Shown here in pieces: positions 51,351 through 64,000 of a stretch of 64,000 bases of DNA. Source of the stretch: Blasia pusilla. Taxonomy: Eukaryota. Every line of letters begins with the position of its first letter. Within the stretch, counting starts at the first letter, position 1. The notes beneath the pieces were generated by a model. That model was given only the letters and a program-made list of their open reading frames with translations, was not told the origin of the DNA and did no database searches. The stretch lies in contig CM114271.1 in NCBI GenBank assembly GCA_050084515.1, positions 48,856,001 through 48,920,000 on the forward strand, given 5' to 3'. Made by a program: the position numbers and the translations under genes.

Positions 51351-52453
51351 TTGATGATAAAATCCTAACATGTTACTATCTCACTATCTATTCTCTAATC
51401 TGCGGAGTGGTTATGACACGACGACACACTTGTAGAACATGACACATGTCATCATAAATCTGATATTGATCTATAGTATTATGGGAGAGAGCCTTCTCAA
51501 TTTGCAAATATCTTTCTATTTAACATGTGAAAACTTGAAAAATAATATTTCACATACTAAAAATAATAATTACTACCTCTATAGATATGTTTATTTTTTC
51601 AGTGGGACTATCCATGCATCCTCCACCACGTGGTGATTTGGTAATTTAATACTATAAGCTGCACATCGATGTTCCGTGGAACATCGTTAGGGTTTAAGGT
51701 CCCTTCTCGTATGCATAGGACTAATGAGGGCACTAACCATTCATGGGTCATACACTAGCAAAAACACTTTTGTATGTACTAAGGGGCACTAACTAGTGTT
51801 TTTTTTTCCCGTAAATGTAGGGTCGCCGAATAGGTTTAGACCCTAAACGCTCTAATATAGATTAGAGCACCCATTATAATTTACACCCTAAAGTTTTTCC
51901 TCTCGGAGCAGTTTCGTCCATTATTCGTGCATGTATGGGATATCGGAATACATGAAAGCAGTGAACGATGTTTTCCGTAGTTGTCGGTGGAATCCATCTG
52001 AGGATATTCGAAAGTGAACAGTCGAGTTCAGGAGTTACCCTTAGTTGGGAGCCTGCTCCTAGTTGCCGATTTTAATCCACTTCGATGTAAATCATCGTCT
52101 AAATGTTTTGTTTCTCTGTGGTGATTGAAGACAGCAGTGGGATATTTTCCCTTTTCGCCCGTGGAACGAAAGGGAGTCGAAAATAGGGTGCAGAGGATGA
52201 AAAAGTTGGGTTCTACAGTGCAGTGTATCCGCAACTACGGAAAGAATTTGACTGGAATTAGGGCGAGTGTTTGTGAATCGGTCTTGTCTGGAACAATTTT
52301 GGAATTACGGGAGTGATTTCAAGACGCCACGAATCGGCGTGACGAGAAGACTTTCATGCCTTCAATGACTGCGGGGAGCAACTGGAAGACGTTTCGTCAG
52401 CATTGATTGGAAATTTTTTTTGGAAGCATTTGAAGGACGCTTGTTTAGCAGAT

Positions 52454-54399
52454 ATGGGTGATGAGGACGAAGACTATATGGCTGATTTGAATCGATTCAT
52501 TCCGGCTGAATTTGCCTTTCCTTCTCAGGTATGTATAGAGAAGTGCTGCGGTAGTGTGTCAGCTGGTATATCATTCATTCCTTCAGTGCACGAGGTCAAG
52601 TGTTTGTGAAGTGGGGATGTTCCTGTGAGTCAAACTTCTAACTTTCAGGAATTTGCAATGATACTCAAGCTACTTGCCGTGAAAATTCTTCCAATGCCTC
52701 GGTTAATGCTCCCACATACGGCATTACTTCTGCTCCCACCTATCAGAAGTTTTGGAAACCTGTGTTACCGTGGTAGTCTCTTGGACCTTTTTCATTGATG
52801 TATTTAGCTTGTTGCTTCATCGGTCTATCTTGATCCCCCCAGGTATGTTCCAAGACTTAAGGTTAGTGGTGCGGAGACATTTGTTGTACCTGCCATGCCT
52901 GCTACACCTTCAAATCAGCTGGGTTGTATAGCTGAACGCTTGTTCTGATTGCCATTGATTTGAGTACTGCTGGAACTCGCAAGATTTGTCTATCCTCAAG
53001 TAGTCATACTTCAAATGTCCAGGGTCACGAGTATTCCAAAGGATCATGAAACCAGGAGGTTCTACTGAGAGAACAGCTGTCAGACTTCATAATCGAACCT
53101 TCTCCGTGATAGCAACAGGAAGAAATTTTATAATTCGTATTATCATCTATTTGAGGCGATCTGCTTACGGTGATTGGGGCATCCTAAACGACTTATTCAG
53201 CTTTTTGCAGGTACAAAATGGGAAGCCCCAGGGAGAAGATAAAGAGAAGCAGCATTGGAAAGAAAAGAGAAAGATGAAACAGGAGCAGCGGAAGAAGGCG
53301 GAAGAAACCCAGCGCAATGAGGGCCTGGGCTCAGCTATACCATCCACCAATATTGGCTTTAAAATGCTTCAACAGATGGGCTATACCCCTGGAGCTGCTC
53401 TTGGAAAGCACGGTCAAGGAGTTTTGGAACCAGTGAATGTGGACCTCAAACGTGGTAGGACAGGGTTGGGAAGAGATAGTGCTGTGAAGGAAGAGCAAAT
53501 TGTGAAGGCCAAGCGGGCAGAATTTGACAATGTCAGGAAAAGCCAAATGGAGAAGGAACTAAGGGCTGATTTTCAAGAAAGGAGAAGAGGAACGTGGCAA
53601 AGTAGGAAGATTGCTACTGAATATGGAAAAGCTTGTGCCACCCTTGCTCAGCTTGAAGAAGGGTCTGCAAGCTCTTCTGGGCCCAAGCAGAAAGAGAAAG
53701 ATAAAAAGTGCACTCAAGAATGTGAGGTGTCTAAAGTTGGGGCAGACACTGTGGAAGATAAGGCTGATGAAGAAGAAGAGGAAATCACTGCAGAGGTAAC
53801 ATGCTCTCTTCCACTTTTCTACTCTGCTCATCGACTGGTTAGTCATTTCTGATTCAGATAGTAGGAATGCAGTTTACGAACATTGGATATCACAACTGGA
53901 TTTCACATCTTGTTCTAGATAAGAACAATGGTAAGTCATATATCTGAGGTAGGATGCGCTCACTGTAGTCTCATGACTTTTTAAGTCTACAAGAGAATCT
54001 GCTAATGGTGTTTTCTTTATAACACAAACTCAAACTAGTGAGACCTTAGAGACTTTCTGGTGGTTATGTGGAACTGGTGATGGTGAATCTCCATGTGTTA
54101 GAAGATCTAACACATGGAGATTAGCCATTGATTCCTGATGTTTTGATCAAAGCAGGCACTTCAGGAGATATTGCAAAAACTGCGAAGGGAATACAACTAC
54201 TGCTTATATTGTGGGTTTAAGGTGTGGCTTTTCTCATTCTTTCTGTACTTGCATCCTGTTTTATCCTGAACTAGTGATTCCTCCAACATCATTTAGTTGT
54301 TCTGCTAGCTGACTTTTACATATATCCACTTTACTGCAGTATGACTCTGCAGAAGCGTTGGTTGCTGATTGTCCTGGCATAGAAGATGAATCTCACTAA
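52454..54399 (+). CDS. G-patch domain protein, GPATCH11/CCDC75-like with DUF4187; exons 52454-52528, 53211-53795, 54156-54221, 54340-54399
   Basis: N-terminal EDYMAD; G-patch NIGFKMLQQMGYTPGAALGKHGQG...GLG; C-terminal LRREYNYCLYCGFKYD...CPGIEDESH. All introns are GT-AG and phase 0. Confidence 0.92.
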
Positions 54400-57300
54400 T
54401 ATGGACAAATGATCAACTTCCTTTTTGGATCTGTCACTCGAATCATGTATGTACAGGTATGGACATTACCCCAGTAGTCCCAAGTTAGTACTTTCATCTC
54501 CAGGTATTGCAGAAACAGCTGGCTTCTGAATTGTAGAATTTCATAGAAAAAGAGTGAATGGTTCTCAGAGAGTACATTTGTGGAGGTCTTCAGCTCCTGA
54601 AAGTTCATGTCCTTTGCTCTAAACTGCACAGCACCTATTTATTAGGTCGTGTGATATATTATTTTTCATAGATAAGGAGTATTTCTTATTTAACTTGTGT
54701 GTTACTTAAAAGAAAGAGACAAAAATATCAGGGACAAAATGTCTTTGTTATTTTTTTGAAAAAAATAGATGGTCTAGAATGTGTCCAGCACGGATGGTAT
54801 GTGGGGTCAGGTTGTGGTTTAATCTCGACCAGTGACTAAGGTTCCTGGTCCTAATATCCAGATCCTACCTTGGTAAAGCTTGTAGTGTCTCCTAAGTCTT
54901 CTGTTTTCCTAAATTTGTAATTTAGGCACTCGCCTGTGTTGATCCATCATTCTCTAAATTATCTTGTGAAGTTCATTATACTGGATATATCCTCTTTTTG
55001 ATAGAGTTCACTCCGACTTACACTGAGATGTTCATCATGTAGATGTAGTGGCAGAGCTTGAGACGACTAATATACCTGTGGCCAGTGGGGTGTTTACTCA
55101 AGATGAAGTCTTCTATTACAGCATAATGCAGACTCTGGAAGGTCTATCACTGAGGCCCGAAGGGATTCCTCAAACTTGGGTTCTGACAATATCCCACACA
55201 GCCTACTTTCAGTAAAGGTTTGTAGAAGTAATATCTCCTCTGTGAGTCACAAACCCAGGTTCATGACAGAAATTGATTCTCTGCCTATTGCCCTTGGATA
55301 TTGTTATGCAACTGTTTTGTAATCGGCTATTTCCTTACACTTCTACATGCACCTGGTGGAAAATGCTATTTGCGGAATCAAAGCATGAAGCTTTACACAT
55401 GATCATGTCTAGTTTTATGTTACCCACTGTATAAAATATAAGGGTTTCCCTTGATTGAACCTGGCAGAGTGTGCATTTCTGGCCATGAGGTGAATCATGT
55501 TCTCTTCTGCAAAAGGATCTGACTCTGGGCTACCTTCCTGACTTGAGGAGCATCTTGTATGATTGGGACATTACCTCCTGTCTTTTTCCTCATTTTCAAG
55601 GATGATGATAGGAACAGTTTGACTCCAAGACTATACTTCGTGATCCACCCCCCCAAATGATGCATTACGTCTCAGTGGAGGAGGATGAGTAGTCCAGTTC
55701 TCAAAAGGGGCTTGGAAGGAGATGGCAAAACAGTGTTGCAGAGTTTCCAAACACGTCAGATTCCTGTAATTGCGCTGTTAGTGTAATTTTATCTCTGATC
55801 TTACTCGAAGTCTGACATTTGTTAGTGTAGTTTATTGTCCAAATGGAGTGATGCCTATGATTTGGTCAGCAAAGAGTCCAATGCAAAGTGGTGCGATTGC
55901 ATTAGACTCAACTTTCTGCCCTAGAGTTTTGGTGGAGTGCATTTCTACCAGACGTTTAAAGAGAAAGCAGGAACCGAATCTCTCCTCTGCAAGATTCTGG
56001 TACATCTTAGTTGTAAACGTGATACTCAAACTGGTATTTATGTTTGCAGAGTTTCTTTCAAAATTTACAATACCTCTCTGAACCCTATTTTGAAAACGCG
56101 ACACCTAAGTTGTTCCGTTTGAACACGGTTGCTTTCAAATATTACAGTAACTTCCTGAACCCAGTTCCGAAATGGAACAATCTCCGAAGATTGCAAGAGA
56201 TGGGCAATTCCACGCGAATGGAATGGCACAAATTTTGGCGGTTTTGATGGGAACAGTATCCTATTCAGTCTCTAAAGGTTGTCAACATTTTTCGAGTATA
56301 TCCAAGTTAACCTAAACGAGGGTTCTTTGCCATTCAAACGATTGTTCAGAGATGTTTTCAGTGAACAGGAGAGCTGGTGAAACACAAGCACGGCTTGTCT
56401 TTGGCAATGTAAAGTCCTTCCCCTCTTGCACACTCCACAAACATGCTATGAGAACATCATAGGTACAGTGAGTAAGTACCTTTGCTGTGCAGGACAGTAT
56501 TACAGTACAGAATCGTGAGATATATAGGATAGAGTAAGTCGTGATGTAGTTCCTTATTGAGGAAGCCCCCAGGTATTTCCAAGTTGTGATGACAGTTGGG
56601 TAGGCATGATTGGGTGATAAGTTGTGCATTCATCATCCATTGCTTGGAAGAATTTGTATGGCGAGATATTATAAAGGTTTTGTTGCAAGAGGGATACGAA
56701 AACAATTTCCAAGGAAGGCAAAGGTGGTTATAGAGTGTAGTCCTGGTCTAAATGCATTCATGAAGGCAAATTGAGAAACTGATTATGCACCCAGAATTGG
56801 CAATGGTATTGATGAGTTGTACTCCACCAACATGCACCACCGCCATGTATGACGAGGTAGAGGGCTGGGAGATTACCACCAAGCAAGTCCATTAATGTAT
56901 ACCACCAGTTTAGGTTGACCCTGAAGGCTTAAGGCACCATTGTTGGAGTGAGTCTAAGAATGTACCATGTGAGATTATAAAGTTGGCTTCCAAGGTAGGA
57001 ATGCCTATGATAAATGGGGAAGATAGCGAGTTAGTGGAGAAGTGTTTCCTAGCATCCTATATGGGATCTTGGTCCATCAAGAGCTCACATGTTTGATCCA
57101 CGTCGTTTATGATGCTAGAAAATGAATAAAATTAAAGGATGACTAATTGAGGCAATCTGGCCATTAGATGGATCCGGAGTTAGGCATGGGTTTCGAACTA
57201 GTTCTTTGTATCTCACAACTATTACTTAGTAAATATTGCATGTGATAATGTTGTCATCTCCACATTGATGCATCAAATGCAAACTCTAGAGTCCCAAGCG

Positions 57301-58169
57301 CTTCAAATTTGCTGCATTGTACTGAGCAGAATATGTAAGTGAAAGAAAGCAAAATAAAATTTATCATATCAAAGTCTAAGGACGGGTCCTAACTCCACAA
57401 ACTTTCCAAAGATTTTCTCTGGTTATGGTCTAAACTTAATGGTCTTAAATGCATCAAGACTTCCATGCTAGGTGAGGTATAAGAAAGAAATCAAGGGATC
57501 TAGGATAATCTCTTGCGTGGTCAATTTTTAAAAATTTGATTTAGAGTTTGTTTGAAAACTTCATGTATTCTAACCCTTTTCCACAATCTTTACTTTTTGG
57601 TTCTAAAAAATTTGAGAATGGGAAGTTAAGTTTCAACTAAATCATCCTTGATAGGTGAAATTTAGGTGGCAATGGTTGAGAAGTTTGATCCGTTTCACTC
57701 CTATTAATGCTTAACTTTGTAAGAGTGAGTAACCTCCTAAAACAAAATTACTCAATTTAAAAATACTTATATTCCATTGTTTGGAAACATTGTAATGTGG
57801 AAAAAAAAGGCCTTTTGAGATATGTTCTTGCTAAGAATCTAGTGAAAAGGGTCTTTTTTTAATACATTTCCCACTCTTTAATTTATCATTTTTGTGATAT
57901 TAATTTAACTATTTTCAAAAGGTTCGGTTGTGACCTCCTATAGAATGACTTTTCTATATATATAGAAATATGCCTTACATCTCCTCTTGATATACATGGT
58001 AAGAACATGAGGAACTACTCATTACCATGCTCTACCACAAACAAATTGTAATCTTCAACTTATACATCAAATCTCCAAATCCATACGTTGCTTTATTTCA
58101 AAAATATCACAACCTAGTTACAATGAGGTTTGAGTTGCCCAAGCTCCAGTTATGTCCCTAGTATCTCAT

Positions 58170-58660
58170 ATGCTTTCCTTGCATACGCTTGAAATTTTGT
58201 AACACCTCTTGAGCATGTTCCATATTGGCTTCTACAATCCAAGTCGCCTCCTTCACATGGTAGCCCTTCCACTTGATCAAGTACTCGTACTTGTTGCTAT
58301 TATGTCTCGAACGTTAGATGATCTCCAACTCAAACTTTGGTTCATCCTTTATGATTACTAGTTGGGGTCTTAATATTTTCCTTTGCTCGGGATGCACATT
58401 ATCCTTGAAGAACCTCTTCAATAATGACACATGGAAGGTTGGATGGATCTTCAACTCTTCTCGAAGCTCCAATGCATAAACATCCTCAAAGGGGTTAGCC
58501 TTGATCATATACGATCCAACATACTAGACGAAAATTTTTGAGTACAACTCTTTCCGAAGAGTGAGATTCTTCACATTCAATCACACTTGCTTTCCCACTT
58601 GAAATCTCACTTGGCGTTGACTTTTCTCAACTTGCTTCATGTGCCTCCAATGAGGCTTCA
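58170..58660 (-). mobile_element. Chromovirus (Gypsy) integrase C-terminus with chromodomain, remnant
   Basis: YALEL...IHPTFHVSLLK (ORF 58314-58508), continuing past a stop into YEYLIKWKGYHVKEATW. Confidence 0.85.
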
Positions 58661-59750
58661 CGAGACTCACTCCGCATTAATATTGGTTAAATTTTCTTAG
58701 CATTAATAATTATTTTCCTCTCCACTTCTCCCTTCCATGCCTGTTAATGCTCTCATGCAGTGACAACATGGACAACCCTCCATGCCCTGTTTCTTGTGTC
58801 GTGGCCGTGGTACTCGGTGTTGCTCTCCATATTCTATTTGTTTCATTTTCTTATTTTCTGGTGTTAGTCTTTAAGGCCCTTACATGTGAGCCTCGTTTTG
58901 TTTCTTGACCAGGTCGTGTGATTTTATTAACCGTAGGATTAAGAATTTTGTATGGAGATGCGTAATATGATTTGAGTGATTTAATTAAGGTTCGTGAATA
59001 AGTTTACTTAATGCAAATTCATATTAATACGAACTCATGATAGTGTGACCTTAAACTCTAAAGGTACAAAGACTATGAAGGATTTCATTTACAAACCCCT
59101 TTTGATTATTAATAATCCAAAATTCTTATGAAAGTTCTAATACGAACTTTTCGGAGTAGCAAACTTCGAGTTGCAACCCATCTAAGTCTTTTTTATCTTG
59201 AATTTTGGTTAAAAGAATCCAAAACGAGTGCTGATGGCCCCTTGAGGTTTTTTCCCCTCTCTATGCCCCCTCATTTGTATCCGATCCTGATGGGTTTCCC
59301 TCCTATTTTCTATTTATTATTATTACAAATTTTTTTATCCGGGCGCATACTGGTTCCTCTCGAAGTACTGGCGTTTGCTGAAGAGTAGAAGTGTTAAGAA
59401 AAAAAAGTGAGAGGAAACATAAAAGAAAGCGAAGGAACTGACCGGCAGCAGTAACAGCGGAAGCGCAGTAGGACACGTGGAGGTGAGCGAGCTGATCTCA
59501 TTGGCGAGATGTCATCGACTCTATCTGTGGTTCTACCCACACTTGCTCGCTCGCTCGCTCGATTGCTTGCAGTTGTGGGAAAAGGTGAAATGTAAACACG
59601 ATCTGCGCTGCGCTAAACGCATTCGGAGCTCGTAGCCCCGGAGGATTTGGAGCCGGAGCCTTGGCCCGTGTCAAGTTAGAGCTTGGGGGCTTCTTTCTAT
59701 CGGATTTGAGCTTCTGAATCCTGGTAGCAACTGGCTTGACCTCTCTAGGC

Positions 59751-62700
59751 ATGGCGGCCATGGCTGTGGGATTCTCCCTGAGCTTGGGGTGGCTTGCTGA
59801 AGCCCCGAAAGCCACAAGAGGTCGAAGCAGTGCAGCTGCTAGTGCGTTGAGCTTCTCTCTGGCGCGACTTCCAGGATCCCTGCGATCGTTCCAGCACCGG
59901 AGACTTTCGTCGGGGCCGGGTGTGCAATTGCCAACTTTCTCGAGCTTCTTGGGATGATTGGATGTGGCTTCACAGCACTCTTCCGGGAATTTTCTTGCGA
60001 GGAATGTCGTCGATGACAATTTTAGAACACTCCTCTGGTCCTTGCTTCCTATCGATTGATTGATTGAGAGATGGATGTTTGACTCCAACATTGTTTTGAC
60101 AGGATTTCTCAGCATCAGGGCAGCTGACGCAGACACAGGAGGTATGTTTCTCTTCAATCTTTCATGCCTTTCTTGTGTTTGAAAGGAAAATCAAAGTGAA
60201 GAGGGGAATTGCGAATGTCTGCACGCTCCTATCTGTCTCTGCCGCGGGGGACGCATCCTTGAAGCATTTTCACCATATAAGGAATAGGCGCGCATTCGAC
60301 CTGGCCTGCGCAGATACAATGGGGCAATTTGCACCTGTACCTGTGTCCTAGTGAATAATGTGGGCAGGGTTAACAACACGGCGGTGTAACCTCAAATAAT
60401 ATCTACAGCATAATACAATGCAGTGAAGTTGATTGAGTGTGTACGCGTTTGCATGAGCCAAAAATAATAGTTGACGCGGGGAGACTAATCTACTTCATAT
60501 TTCTGTGGAGGCTCTAAGCGTGCATTTCTCCATCTCCAGGCAAAGCCGAAACTGAATCCAAGCTGGAGAAAAGCGGATCGTCTTTGAATCAGATACTTGG
60601 GATCAAGGGGGCATCCACTGAAACGGTACAATACCTCGAAGCACCGTGGTGCTGCTTTCTTCCATGGCCTAGCAGATTTCCCACTGAAGCTCGTGGTATC
60701 AAACCGCCTTAAATGTTTTGAAAACTACGGCTTCCTCGTTGTGCCGTGGACGTCTTGTGGACGCTGAACGATGAACATGTTTTATGGGTATACTTGTCGT
60801 ACACTTATTTCCGAGGGAAGGGCTGGATGAACTACAGAACATATGGAAGATTCGGCTCCAACTAACTAAACCTGTGACATGGGCTCCTCTCATTTGGGGT
60901 GTTGCCTGCGGTGCTGCTGCGTCTGGTATGGTGTTTTTCTTCACCTATCAGTACATTTTTCTTCTTAATTGTGGGGATCTTCTGGAATTTTTTGCAATGC
61001 TAGGGCACTGAGGCTACATTTATCTCGAGCAAGATAGTGCCCACGTAGCCTTTGAGTATCAACTTTACAATTTTCCGTACGCAAAGTACTTGTGATGAGC
61101 TGTGGAAGGGTTTCGATTATGATCTTGGCTGCACCCATGGATGTATGCAGGAAATTTCGAGTGGAATATTGAAGATGTGTCAAAGGCAGCATTGTGTATG
61201 TTCATGTCAGGACCGTTGCTCACTGGCTATACTCAGGTTTCTTCAATCTCACAATCCTCACGTTGACAGCATAGAAAATTCAAATTGCTTCCATTCTGTT
61301 ATTGATATGAAACCAAAGTCACTGTGCGTGATAGTGACTTGGCTTGAGCAATGTGTGGATTGCATGTTGCAGACAATGAACGATTGGTATGATCGTGAAA
61401 TTGATGCCATTAATGAGCCATATCGGCCCATTCCATCAGGTGCCATAGCAGAGACGGATGTAAGTTACCTGTATGGAAGATGGAAATTGGCCTTGGAATG
61501 TCAATTGAGAAGTGTTCAGCAGGCTTAGGAACGCACATGCTTATCATACTTCTTCCACAGCTTGTTAGTTTATAGAAATTGAAGTTGATCAGATGAAATT
61601 TTTTCCTTCATTGCCAGCTGAGCAGGGAGTGATTTTAAGCTCCATAGTTGATCATTCTTCATTCTCCAGTGCTGTTATTGCGCATGTCTATTGTGAATCT
61701 ACTTTTGATATACTCAGCCATTTTTGTGTATCAATACGTATAGGTTATCATTCAAATATGGGTTCTACTTCTGGGTGGCATTGGAGTTGCTTACTCACTG
61801 GATTTGTGGGTAAGTTTCCGAAGTGAGCCTTGGAGTCACTCTGGTGACCCATTTTCAGATCTGAATTTTAAACTATTGACAGTGTAAGAGAGTAATCATT
61901 CTCAAAAGGTGTAAAAGGAGGTGGTTGATTTCTTAGATGCCTAAATAACCTGATTGTGCAGGCAGGTCATGAATTCCCTGTAATTTTGAGCTTGGCTGTT
62001 GGAGGATCTTTTCTGTCGTACATTTATTCTGCCCCACCTTTGAAGGTAAGAGTGGCCTGCTTGTAATGGTTGTTCAATGTCCTCTTGCACATGGATTTAA
62101 CTAGATGTATCGCATGCTCTGTCAGAAAGGGATTCACCTTTAAAAGTAGCATTGAGTTGTAGCTCAATTTTATAAGACTTCACATATAGAATATCTGTTG
62201 TTGATGTTTATTTTTTTAGGCGTACTCCCAAACACCATCCCAGTAGGTTTTATTTGTATTCCTTTGACTTCCAAGTCTTGTCTTTACTTTTGTTTCTGGA
62301 TGTCTTCACATCTCGCCTTTATACATGGGTAATTTCCCTCATTATGCACCTGCCTCGTGTTATTTTCTTTTCCCTGCTAAAAGTTTCCTGCTCCCATGGT
62401 CCTGTGTGCACAGCTGAAGCAAAGTGGATGGCTTGGCAACTATGCTTTGGGCTCCAGTTATATTTCTCTGCCATGGTTCGTACGTGTTTCTTGTATCCAA
62501 ATGCTGCACCGTGATATTAAAATTGTGCTTGTAGGATGAAACTCAATTTTCACCAACTGTAGGCATACCCATTTAACAAGACATTTGGGTCGAGCTTTAC
62601 AGTCCAATCATATACTACCAATCCAATGAACTACTTGGCAAATTGTGGGTGTGTGTCTGTCAGCAAAACCGCTCACTTTTCATGATGTTATCTTTGTGTA

Positions 62701-63367
62701 CATGTCTCGATGTTTGAGATTGAGATTGCTGTCATCTTTCCGTATGACAGGTGGTCAGGTCAAGCTCTTTTTGGAACTCTTACACCTGATGTGATCATTT
62801 TGACTCTCTTGTATAGTACTGCTGGGGTGGGTTGGCAGTCCTTCCTTACCCGTTTCAATTTGCTTCTGACCATTTCCAGTATATTCTTGCATGCATTTAC
62901 CTTACGCCTGCAACTGTTCTCAGTGCAGCGGATTTGTCTCCATCAAGTGAAGGATTGTTGTTGTGGGCATGGAACCCACTGATAGAAAATAAGTTCTTCT
63001 GCTGATTATCCATCTTCACAGAAGTTCTAACCCGCTTTGATCCTGTACAGTTAGGAATTGCTATTATCAATGACTTCAAAAGTATTGAAGGGGACAGGGC
63101 ATTAGGATTACAGGTGAAGTTGATCATTTTATACTGCTTTTTAAACTTAAAAATATGGTTTTATAGCACGAGTGTGATAATTTTTGCAGCAATATTATTG
63201 CATGGATGGAATTGTGTATATGACATAGCAAACAGGGTTACATAGCCAACTTGAGTTTGATGGCTTGTGGTTACATCTGCTACAGTCATTACCTGTTGCA
63301 TTTGGAGTTGACGCGGCGAAGTGGATCTGTGCCGGAACAATTGATGTCACACAACTTGGTGTTGCAG
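59751..63367 (+). CDS. CHLG: Chlorophyll synthase, 3'-incomplete; exons 59751-59919, 60103-60141, 60540-60625, 60838-60925, 61151-61236, 61373-61459, 61744-61809, 61962-62045, 62415-62476, 62751-62826, 63051-63113, 63286-63367
   Basis: Spliced translation gives a transit peptide, then WKIRLQLTKPVTWAPLIWGVACGAAASG, NDWYDREIDAINEPYRPIPSG, YSAPPLKLKQ, NDFKSIEGDRALGLQSLPVAFG. GT-AG junctions keep the frame. Confidence 0.96.
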
Positions 63368-64000
63368 GTCTGTATCTTGCTGTTTTTGCTCAAATATTGA
63401 TGCCTCTTGTCTTGAGCTTCATGTAAGGCATGCCTTTCTTTGGTGAGAAAAAGGTCAGGGAAACCTCTATCCCAACGGGGTGTTCCAGGTTTAGAGACTC
63501 CCTTACATTTAGTGAGGACCAGGGGTGTTTTCTACTTGCAGTTCTCCTTCCCCTCCTACTCAAGAATATGGTCTGGATGCATGGCAGGGTGGTATTGTGT
63601 GGACCATGTCACTGTTCATGTCTGACCTACTGAACAAGATATCCTGCCAAGACAGGATTGGTTCATTGAGTGATTGCGTTTATGTTTGGCCCGTCTTCAG
63701 AACGGGGATGTCTGGATAATTGTATAAGGCAGCTAGTTTGAGCAGGTTAACCCTACAACTTTTGGAAGTTGCGATCTGCAGCATACCTTCTGGCCCAAGG
63801 GAAGACAACCTATGGATTGATTTTGCTGGCACTTATTGCTCCGCAAATTCTTTTCCAGGTGGGAGATTATCCATCAGCCAAAAAAATTTATGTTCTAGTG
63901 TTTGAGTGGAAGTTGTGCACATGTTGAATTTGGTTCAATCTACGAGATTTTCATTTGTCTCAAGTGCATATGTATTGATGGCTGGTTCTTAAATCTAACA

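Noticed and set aside
53046-53852. 268-aa single-exon ORF
   Set aside because: It is exon 2 of the G-patch gene read through into the flanking introns.
56640-56700. ICMARYYKGFVA, similar to a Gypsy RT connection motif
   Set aside because: A single weak motif with no flanking RT or RNase H motifs recognised.
59498-60157. 219-aa minus-strand ORF
   Set aside because: Antisense to CHLG exons 1-2 in GC-rich sequence, with no recognisable domain.

Overview
Eukaryotic, intron-containing land-plant nuclear DNA, not prokaryotic; a bryophyte such as a liverwort is plausible but cannot be proven from the sequence. Three host genes are supported: a two-domain fasciclin-like arabinogalactan protein (~25.05-26.45 kb), a four-exon GPATCH11-like G-patch gene (52454-54399) and chlorophyll synthase CHLG (59751 onward, 12 exons visible, running past the window end). 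The rest is mostly nested, decayed transposons: Ty3/Gypsy LTR elements, a CACTA element inserted into a CRE-like non-LTR RT, Helitrons and a chromovirus remnant. The main finding is a decayed Ty3/Gypsy retrotransposon (~8.4-16.0 kb, + strand) whose polyprotein reads Gag-protease-C5 cytosine DNA methyltransferase-RT-RNase H-integrase-PHD finger. It therefore carries both a DNA-methylation writer and a putative histone reader. Two more fragments of this family lie in the window; one has an in-frame deletion of exactly the SAM-binding motif. Alignments and coordinates were read by eye, and TE boundaries are approximate unless termini are quoted.
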